Assembly: GCA_014251975.1 (NCBI GenBank)
Contig: CP059204.1
Span: forward strand, 479,066 to 511,065
From: Blattabacterium cuenoti
Lineage (GTDB): Bacteria; Bacteroidota; Bacteroidia; Flavobacteriales; Blattabacteriaceae
Length of the DNA: 32,000 nt
Direction: 5' to 3'
In this document: positions 1 to 6,712 of the stretch, in pieces
Position numbering within the stretch: position 1 is the first letter of the stretch
Layout of the letters: each line of letters begins with the position of its first letter
The notes under the pieces: model-generated
What the model was told of the DNA's origin: nothing
The model's input: only the letters and a program-made list of their open reading frames with translations
The model's database searches: none
Program-made: the position numbers and the translations under genes

Positions 1-359
1 GCTTTTTTTATGATAGTAATGCATTATGGAATAAATATGTACCAAATAATTTCAGAATTATTTTAATAAATAATGGAGGAGGAAATATTTTTGATTTTAT
101 TTATAATAATAATAAAATCAACTTAAATGATAAAATTTTGGAGTTTTTAATAACTAAACATAATTTATCTGCACAAAAAATATGTGAAATGTATAATTGG
201 AAATATAAAATAGCAAATAATAAAATATTACTAGAAGATATATTATATTCTTTTTGGGAAAAAACTAACAGACCTAGTCTATTAGAGATTAATACTAAAA
301 AACATAATAATGCAAAAATTTTAAAAAAATTTCTTTTATATTCTTCTAAAAATAAATAG
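1..359 (+). CDS. menD: MenD (SEPHCHC synthase, menaquinone pathway), C-terminal fragment; the 5' end lies outside the window
   Basis: Frame 3 is open from the window edge and reads FFYDSNALWNKYVPNNFRIILINNGGGNIFDF... This is the ThDP-enzyme C-terminal motif (YD.N.L....NN.GGGIF). It is followed by a MenD-like tail (...TNRPSLLEINTKKHNNAKILKKF) and TAG at 357-359. ORF-track entry 138..359 is only the Met-initiated end of this frame. Confidence 0.65.
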   Translation, partial: FFYDSNALWNKYVPNNFRIILINNGGGNIFDFIYNNNKINLNDKILEFLITKHNLSAQKICEMYNWKYKIANNKILLEDILYSFWEKTNRPSLLEINTKKHNNAKILKKFLLYSSKNK

Positions 360-932
360 TATAATATACAAAAATAATTTAATTCTAGAAAAAATCTCTC
401 TAATATATATTTTATTATCATAAGGTATACTTTTAGCGTTAAATCCTATAATATGTAATCCTATACAATCCCCTATAAAAATAGCTCTTTCATTATGAAA
501 TTTTTGAGATATAATAGTAAATTTTTTTTGGTGGAAAATTTTATAAACTCTTGTAATTGAAAATATAGTATTAATACCATATAAATCTTCATATATTACA
601 TTAGATGGAATACCTTTCTTTATTAATTCGTACTTCATCATCTTTGGTTCATTATAATATTTTTCCCTATTGTCTCCACTTACAATTATATATTGTATTT
701 TTTTATTTTTAAATAAATTATAAGCTGCGTCTATTCTATACTTAAAATAATAATTTAATCCTCCTTTTTGTAAATATTTAGAAGTCCCTAATACTACACC
801 AAAAGTATTATATGGAATGTTTATTAAAGTATCATAATTTCTTTTTTTAGACCATAAACTAATACCAAAATAACAAATTAATATAAAATATATTGTAATA
901 AATAATATTTTTTTGATATTATTAAGTAATAT
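336..932 (-). CDS. sanA: SanA (DUF218/YdcF-family) inner-membrane protein; start codon unresolved (no ATG/GTG/TTG upstream of the conserved region)
   Basis: The ORF track lists only 336..641. My hand translation shows the same frame stays open up to TAG at 936-938. It encodes KKILFITIYFILICYFGISLW (TM anchor) followed by ...IPYNTFGVVLGTSKYLQKGGLNYYFKYRIDAAYNLFKNKKIQYIIVSGDNREKYYNEPKMMKYELIKKGI... From memory this aligns closely with E. coli SanA (LPYRQVGVVLGTAKYY...YRYRI...LLLSGDN...YNEP). The 5' end given is the most upstream near-cognate ATA; ATC 915-917, ATA 906-908 and ATT 897-899 are alternatives. Confidence 0.75.
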   Translation of the reverse strand: MLLNNIKKILFITIYFILICYFGISLWSKKRNYDTLINIPYNTFGVVLGTSKYLQKGGLNYYFKYRIDAAYNLFKNKKIQYIIVSGDNREKYYNEPKMMKYELIKKGIPSNVIYEDLYGINTIFSITRVYKIFHQKKFTIISQKFHNERAIFIGDCIGLHIIGFNAKSIPYDNKIYIREIFSRIKLFLYIILFIFRRI

Positions 933-3900
933 TTTCTATTATCCATTTACCTTCTTTAATATATAATTCAGCTTGTTTAAATTTCATTTTTTTTATTTCT
1001 CCAGTAATTAAATGTATTATATTTACTCTTTTATTTCTACCAATCTTTTTGTTATAATAATCTTCATAAATATTAAATTTTGGAATACATAATATATTTT
1101 CTTTTAAAAATGTTGATTTAAATAAAAAAGATATAATATTTTCATAAATATTATAAATTTTATCTTGAAATAAATTAAAAGCATTTTGTTTATAAACAAT
1201 TAAAGGATCTTTCTGTTCAAAAACAGCATTTTGTACAGAATATCGTAAACTATCCATTTCTAGTAAATGCTTTTTCCACTTTTTATCAATAAAATATAAT
1301 ATTGTAAATTTTTCTAATCTAGATAATAATATTTTACCTTTAGTTTTTTCATATTCTATAAAATTACAATTAGATGAAATTTCTTTTAATCCATATTTAA
1401 ACAAAACTTGTATATCATATTTATTAAAATTTTTTATATTATTTTTAATATTAAAAATAATTGGATTAATTTTATTTATAATAATTTTTTTATTTTTATT
1501 ATAGTATTCTATTATAATTTTATGTATATCATTAATAAAATTATTTTTTTTATTTATTAAAATACCATATTCCTTAATATCTATACCAAAAATATTTAAT
1601 AATTTGTATTCTAATTTACACGAAGATTTATTTATAGAAATTATAATATCTAATAATACATAAATCATATTATATATATCTATATTTAATTTATATCCCC
1701 CCTTTAATGCATTTCTACGTTTTTTATAAATAAATTCTCTTTGTTTATTAATTACATCATCGTAATCTAGTAAACGTTTTCTTATACTAAAATTATTATC
1801 TTCTATTTTTTTTTGTGCTTTTTTAATAGATTTAGTAATTAAAGGGTGTTGTATAATATCTCCTTCCTTATGCCCAAATCTATCCATAAGTTTTGAAAGA
1901 TTTCCAGGATCAAAAAATAAACGAATAAGATAATCTTCTAAAGAAACATAAAATTGAGTATTACCCGGATTACCTTGTCTTCCAGATCTTCCTCTTAATT
2001 GATTATCTACTCTTCTTGAATCATGTCTCTCTGTACCCAATACTGATAATCCACCATTATTAATTACAAAATCAGATAATTTAATATCTGTACCTCTACC
2101 TGCCATATTTGTAGCTATAGTAACAGATCCTGGTAATCCAGCTTTTTCTATTATTTCAGCTTCTTTTTCATGCATTTTTGCATTCAAAACATTATGTGAT
2201 ATATTTTTCAATTTTAAAGCTCTACTAATAAATTCTGATACCTCTACAGAGGTAGTCCCTACAAGAACAGGACATTTTTTTTTTTTTGATAAATATATAA
2301 TTTTTCTTATTATAGCATTATATTTTTCTTTTCTCGTTTTAAAAATAATATCTTGATTATCTATTCTTTTTAAAGGTTTATTTGATGGTATTATAACTAC
2401 ATCTAAATTATATATGTGCCAAAATTCTCCAGATTCTGTTTCTGCAGTACCTGTCATACCAGAAATTTTGTTATACATTCTAAAGTAATTTTGTAAAGTA
2501 ATAGTAGCTAAAGTTTGACTAGAAGATTCTATATACAAATTTTCTTTAGCTTCTATAGCTTGATGTAGTCCATTAGAATAACGTCTACCTTCCATAACAC
2601 GTCCTGTTTGTTCATCTACTATTTTTACTTTTCCTTTTAAAACAATATAATCTATATTTTTTTTAAATAAAGTATAAGCTTTTAATAACTGATTTACAAC
2701 ATGAATCCTTTGTGATTTTAAAGAAAAATTTTTTATTAATTTTTCTTTTTCTTTTAATTTTTCTTGTTTTAAAAAATTTTTTTTTTCCAACTCAAATAAC
2801 TCTAAATTAATATCAGGTAAAATAAAAAATTTAGAATCTTTTACATATTTGGATAAAAATTCAAACCCTTTATCAGTTAATTCTACTGTATTGTTTTTTT
2901 CATCTATTACAAAATATAAATCTTTATCTACCTTATTATTAATATTTTTTACATAATCCTGCATGTATAAAATTTCAGTCTTATGTAATATTGAACGTAT
3001 ATTTTTTTCACTTAAAAATTTAATTAATGATTCTTTTTTAGGTAAACCTCTATATGCTTGTAATAATTTAAATCCACCTGTATTATTGTATCCATTTTTT
3101 ATCATTATCCTAGATTGATTTAAAATTTTGTTTACTGTAAAATTTTGTTCCTCCACAATAGATTTAACTTTATTTCTAAGAAATTCAAATTCTTTTTTCT
3201 TATCTACAGTAGAATCTACTGAACCTGATATAATCAATGGTGTTCTTGCTTCATCTATTAATACAGAATCTATTTCATCTACAATAGCATAATTTAATTT
3301 TCTTTGAACTAAATTATTTTTATTACAGGACATATTATCTCGTAAATAATCAAATCCAAATTCATTATTTGTTCCATATGTAATATCTGCTTGATAAGCT
3401 TTTTTTCTCATGGAAATATTATAAGATGGATAATTATCAATACAATCTACTTTTAATCCGTGAAATTCCATTATTGGAGCCATCCATTCAGAATCTCTTC
3501 TAGATAAATAATTATTTACAGTTACAATATGTACACCTTTGCCAGATAAAGAATTTAAATATGCAGATAAAGTAGCTACAAAGGTTTTACCTTCTCCAGT
3601 AGCCATTTCAGCTATTTTACCTTGATGTAATACTATTCCACCCATTAATTGTACATCATAATATACCATATCCCAAGTAATTTTTTTACCATATGCATTC
3701 CACTTATTATCCCAAATTGCTTTATCTCCATCTAAAACTACATAGGATTTTATTTTTGATAATTCTTTATCAAAATAGGTAGATTTTACAACAAGTTTTT
3801 TATCTTTAAAACGTTTGGCCGTTTCTTTTAGTACAGAAAATGATTCTGGGATAATACTTGTTAAAATTTTTTGTTCTTCATAATAAGATTGTTTTTTAAT

Positions 3901-4179
3901 TTCATTTATTGAAGAATAAATATTTTCTAAGAAAGAAATTGAATAAGAATTTTTTTCTATTTTTTTTAATAATTCTTTTTCTTTATTTATAAATTTATCA
4001 GTGCATTTTTTAATAATATTTTTAAAATAAAAAGTTTTATTTCTTAAATCATCATCAGATAAAATAGAAATATCACATTCTTTTTCTTTAATTTTATCTA
4101 ACACGTTTTTAATATCCTTTAAATCTTTTTCATTTTTATTTAAAAAAAACTTATTTAAAAATTTTTTGATAAAATTCAT
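922..4179 (-). CDS. secA: Preprotein translocase ATPase SecA
   Basis: 1085-aa ORF with ATG at 4177-4179. It has Walker A MATGEGKTFVATL, the DEAD-type box VDEIDSVLIDEARTPLIISG, TNMAGRGTDIKL and LGTERHDSRRVDNQLRGRSGRQG. Confidence 0.97.
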   Translation of the reverse strand: MNFIKKFLNKFFLNKNEKDLKDIKNVLDKIKEKECDISILSDDDLRNKTFYFKNIIKKCTDKFINKEKELLKKIEKNSYSISFLENIYSSINEIKKQSYYEEQKILTSIIPESFSVLKETAKRFKDKKLVVKSTYFDKELSKIKSYVVLDGDKAIWDNKWNAYGKKITWDMVYYDVQLMGGIVLHQGKIAEMATGEGKTFVATLSAYLNSLSGKGVHIVTVNNYLSRRDSEWMAPIMEFHGLKVDCIDNYPSYNISMRKKAYQADITYGTNNEFGFDYLRDNMSCNKNNLVQRKLNYAIVDEIDSVLIDEARTPLIISGSVDSTVDKKKEFEFLRNKVKSIVEEQNFTVNKILNQSRIMIKNGYNNTGGFKLLQAYRGLPKKESLIKFLSEKNIRSILHKTEILYMQDYVKNINNKVDKDLYFVIDEKNNTVELTDKGFEFLSKYVKDSKFFILPDINLELFELEKKNFLKQEKLKEKEKLIKNFSLKSQRIHVVNQLLKAYTLFKKNIDYIVLKGKVKIVDEQTGRVMEGRRYSNGLHQAIEAKENLYIESSSQTLATITLQNYFRMYNKISGMTGTAETESGEFWHIYNLDVVIIPSNKPLKRIDNQDIIFKTRKEKYNAIIRKIIYLSKKKKCPVLVGTTSVEVSEFISRALKLKNISHNVLNAKMHEKEAEIIEKAGLPGSVTIATNMAGRGTDIKLSDFVINNGGLSVLGTERHDSRRVDNQLRGRSGRQGNPGNTQFYVSLEDYLIRLFFDPGNLSKLMDRFGHKEGDIIQHPLITKSIKKAQKKIEDNNFSIRKRLLDYDDVINKQREFIYKKRRNALKGGYKLNIDIYNMIYVLLDIIISINKSSCKLEYKLLNIFGIDIKEYGILINKKNNFINDIHKIIIEYYNKNKKIIINKINPIIFNIKNNIKNFNKYDIQVLFKYGLKEISSNCNFIEYEKTKGKILLSRLEKFTILYFIDKKWKKHLLEMDSLRYSVQNAVFEQKDPLIVYKQNAFNLFQDKIYNIYENIISFLFKSTFLKENILCIPKFNIYEDYYNKKIGRNKRVNIIHLITGEIKKMKFKQAELYIKEGKWIIENIT

Positions 4180-4188
4180 TTTTTCTAT

Positions 4189-4425
4189 TTACAATTCATA
4201 TTCATCTCTATTCCAACAAAAATCCTCATCATCACGTGGATAATCAGCCCATATTTCTTCTATAGATTCAAATGCTTCTTCATTTTCTCTATTTTCTAAT
4301 TGTTGTAAATTTTCTACAACTTCTAATGGAGCACCAGTACGAAAAGCAAAATCAATTAATTCTTCTTTTGTTGCAGGCCATGGTGCATCTTCTAAATGTG
4401 AAGCTAATTCTAATGTCCAGTACAT
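4189..4425 (-). CDS. DUF2795 domain protein, small and acidic, function unknown
   Basis: 78-aa ORF with an ATG start, ending 9 bp upstream of the secA start on the same strand. The pattern LEDAPWPATKEELIDFAFRTGAPLEVVENLQQL fits the DUF2795 signature (..yPa.K.eLi..A...gA...v...l..l). My hand count gives about 32% G+C, visibly higher than the flanking sequence. Its composition is not Lys/Ile/Asn-biased, unlike every neighbouring gene. Confidence 0.8.
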   Translation of the reverse strand: MYWTLELASHLEDAPWPATKEELIDFAFRTGAPLEVVENLQQLENRENEEAFESIEEIWADYPRDDEDFCWNRDEYEL

Positions 4426-4522
4426 AATTATTTAATTTTTTATAATGTTTTAATTGTTTTAATTTAATTTTTGTTTTTTAGTTGGTTTATAATATGTTAT
4501 AAAAATTTTATAATTTTTTTAT

Positions 4523-4654
4523 AAAAAATCATATTTGTGAAATTTGTGATATTAAAAGATTTATTAAAAAAATCATATTTGTGAAATTTGTGATATTAAA
4601 AGATTTATTAAAAAAATCATATTTGTGAAATTTGTGATATTAAAAGATTTATTA
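4523..4654. repeat. Perfect tandem repeat, 3 copies of a 44-bp unit
   Basis: The unit AAAAAATCATATTTGTGAAATTTGTGATATTAAAAGATTTATTA occurs at 4523-4566, 4567-4610 and 4611-4654 with no mismatch. Each unit contains the internal direct repeat ATTTGTGA-A-ATTTGTGA. Confidence 0.95.
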
Positions 4655-4720
4655 AAAAAATCATATATATAAAAAATTTATCATATAAAAAAATCATATA
4701 TATAAAAAATTTATCATATA
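4655..4720. repeat. Perfect tandem repeat, 2 copies of a 33-bp unit, contiguous with the 44-bp array
   Basis: The unit AAAAAATCATATATATAAAAAATTTATCATATA occurs at 4655-4687 and 4688-4720. It shares its first 12 nt (AAAAAATCATAT) with the 44-bp unit. A degenerate partial copy (AAAAAATTTATTATAT) follows, up to the fmt ATG at 4742. Confidence 0.9.
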
Positions 4721-4741
4721 AAAAAATTTATTATATAAAAT

Positions 4742-5694
4742 ATGAAAAAATTAATAAAAATTATATTTATTGGATCTAATTTTTTTTCTCTATATTTTTT
4801 AAAATTTCTTTATTCAAGAAGGTATAATATTATAGGAATTGTTACAAATCCTGATACTTATAGTAAAAAATATAGAAATAAAAATTTATTAAAAAAATAT
4901 GCTTTAAAAAAAAACATTCCTTTTTTACAACCTGAAAATTTACTAGATTTTTTTTTTTAAAAAAATTAAAAGATCTAAATCCAGACTTACAAATTGTAGT
5001 TTCTTTTAAAATTTTACCAAAAGAAATATGGGGCTTACCTAAAATGGGTACAATTAATTTACATTGTTCATTATTACCTCAATATAAAGGTCCATCTCCA
5101 ATAAATTGGGTGATTATTAATGGAGAAAAAATAACGGGATTAACAATATTTTTTATAAATGATAAAGTTGATTCCGGGAATATAATATTACAAAAACAAA
5201 TTGAAATTCTAAATAATGAAACAGCTGGACAATTACAAGAAAAATTTAAAAAAGTTGGAGGATGCATTTTATTAAAAGCAGTAAAATATTTAATTAATAA
5301 TAGATTATATTTAATACCTAATAAAAAAATAAATTATTCTTTATTAAAATATGCTCCTAAAATATTTTCCAAAGATTGTAAAATAAAATGGAGCTGTTCA
5401 TTAAAATCAATATATAACAAAATAAGAGGGTTAAGTCCTATTCCTACAGCATGGACTTATTTATTTTTTAATAAAAAAAATATTGTTAGATTTAAAATAT
5501 TCTTATCAGAGAAAAAAGAAATAAATCATGATTTTACTATAGGATTAGTAAAAATTACTAAAAATAGTATGAAAATTTTTGTAAAAAATGGATTTTTAAA
5601 AATTATAGAATGTCAAGTAGCAGGTAAAAAAAAAATGAATGTAAAAGATTTCATCAATGGTATTAAAATTAGAAAAAATATTTTTGTTAAATAA
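4742..5694 (+). pseudogene. fmt: Methionyl-tRNA formyltransferase, reading frame interrupted in a homopolymer (pseudogene, assembly error or slippage-dependent gene)
   Basis: The N-terminal part (MKKLIKIIFIGSNFF...NIPFLQPENLLDFFF) ends at TAA 4958-4960. The remainder (FFLKKLKDLNPDLQIVVSFKILPKEIWGLPKMGTINLHCSLLPQYKGPSPINW...) continues in the -1 frame, which is open from 4936 to TAA 5692-5694. The switch lies within T11 (4948-4958) followed by A7 (4959-4965). One extra T, or two fewer, gives a continuous product of about 317 aa, which is normal Fmt length. Confidence 0.85.
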
Positions 5695-5745
5695 AAAAAA
5701 TGTATGATATTATGATTTTATAATAAATAATAAATTATTTTATTC

Positions 5746-6012
5746 ATGAATAAAACAGAATTAGTTAATTCAATAGCTGAAAAAACTGGAATAACAAAAA
5801 TTAAAGCGAAAAATTTTACAGATGCATTTATTACAACAGTTATTGATACCCTAAAAAAAGGGGATAAAGTAACACTTGTAGGATTTGGAACTTTTTCTGT
5901 TGTAGTTAGAAATCCCAGAAATGGAATTAACCCTAGAACTGGAAAAAAAATATATATACCAAAAAAAAAAGTAGCAAAATTTAAAATTGGAAATGAATTA
6001 TCAAATTTGTAA
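5746..6012 (+). CDS. hup: HU-family DNA-binding protein
   Basis: 88-aa ORF: MNKTELVNSIAEKTGITKIKAKNFTDAF...GFGTFSVVVRNPRNGINPRTGKKIYIPKKKVAKFKIG. This is the HU/IHF fold signature, including the DNA-binding arm. Confidence 0.93.
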   Translation: MNKTELVNSIAEKTGITKIKAKNFTDAFITTVIDTLKKGDKVTLVGFGTFSVVVRNPRNGINPRTGKKIYIPKKKVAKFKIGNELSNL

Positions 6013-6020
6013 ATAAAATT

Positions 6021-6054
6021 ATATAGATAAAGTTTTTTAAAACTTTATCTATAT
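6021..6054 (+). terminator. Hairpin (putative intrinsic terminator) downstream of hup
   Basis: ATATAGATAAAGTTTT (6021-6036) and AAAACTTTATCTATAT (6039-6054) form a perfect 16-bp inverted repeat around a TT centre. The repeat starts 9 nt after the hup stop and an A/T-rich tract follows. The stem is AU-rich with only two G:C pairs, so terminator strength is uncertain. Confidence 0.45.
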
Positions 6055-6607
6055 CATTTATATAATAATTTTTTAAAAATTCATGATACTATTAATTTAT
6101 TACCTTTCCAAAAATATAATACTAAAATAAAACTACCAATAAATAAAAAATATATAATTATTTTTTTATAAATGTTATTTATTTTTTGTTAAAATATTCA
6201 TATAACTTTGTTTTATTTATTTTAAATTTAATTTATTTTATAAAAACATATATGTTACTTTACAAAAAACTATAGTGTTATTATGGTTATTATTTATTTA
6301 TATACACTTACATACATCACTACATATACATAAAATATAAATCCATTAATATTAGAAATAATACTATTTTTAGTTTTTTGTACCAGATTTACCTAATTTT
6401 AGATATATATTGAATATCCATAATTAAATAATTTTTTATTTTTATACAATTAATGAAATAATTTTATTTTATGTTATGGTATTTCATATACAAATAAATA
6501 TTTTTTGTTATAATTTTTTATTAAATTACTTAAATAAATCATGATAAAATAGTTAAAAAATATATTAAATTAAATAAATAATATATTACTAAAATAATAA
6601 ATATAAA

Positions 6608-6682
6608 GGCGTGATAGCTCAGGAAGGTAAGAGCGTTGGATTCATAACCCAGAGGTCGGGGGTTCAATTCCCCCTCACGCTA
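6608..6682 (+). tRNA. tRNA with anticodon CAU (probably elongator tRNA-Met; identity among Met, fMet and Ile2 not resolved)
   Basis: Hand-folded cloverleaf, 75 nt: GGCGUGA UA GCUC AGGAAGGUAA GAGC G UUGGA UUCAUAA CCCAG AGGUC GGGGG UUCAAUU CCCCC UCACGCU A. It has a G1:U72 wobble, a C11:G24 pair (elongator-type) and an A31xC39 mismatch. No CCA is encoded. Confidence 0.85.
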
Positions 6683-6712
6683 TTTTTTATTATTTGTAAT
6701 TTTTTTCTATTT

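Noticed and set aside
101-421. 106-aa minus-strand ORF in the ORF track (MIIKYILERFF...)
   Set aside because: It is low-complexity Ile/Leu/Phe sequence lying antisense to the conserved menD tail and out of frame with sanA. It has no recognisable motif and is typical of chance ORFs in AT-rich DNA.
4234-4242. Single 8/9 match to the DnaA box (TTATCCACg on the minus strand)
   Set aside because: It lies inside the DUF2795 coding sequence (codons YPRD) and is an isolated occurrence, so it is most likely coincidental.
4523-4726. Tandem repeats considered as a CRISPR array
   Set aside because: The units are directly adjacent with no unique spacers, the repeats are AT-only and not palindromic, and there are no cas genes. 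This is a tandem duplication or VNTR, not a CRISPR array.
4426-4741. Divergent intergenic region with repeats considered as the replication origin
   Set aside because: The strand switch and iteron-like repeats are suggestive. However, I find no cluster of DnaA-box-like 9-mers, dnaA and dnaN are not nearby, and gene orientation switches again at 8765. The evidence is insufficient without a genome-wide GC-skew analysis.
5079-5267. Antisense ORFs inside well-supported genes. Track entries: 5079..5267(-), 6946..7152(-), 15747..15956(+), 18953..19135(-), 20373..20582(+), 20877..21074(+), 21314..21505(+), 22454..22639(+), 26730..26954(+), 28408..28629(+)
   Set aside because: Each lies wholly or mostly opposite a strongly conserved CDS. 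One (20373..20582) also runs through a tRNA. All are hydrophobic or low-complexity with no recognisable motif, as expected by chance opposite AT-rich coding sequence.
6611-6712. GTG-initiated N-terminal extension of pheT (MIAQEGKSVGFITQRSGVQFPLTL...)
   Set aside because: The extension is simply the translation of the tRNA(CAU) gene at 6608-6682. The canonical PheT N-terminus begins at ATG 6713.
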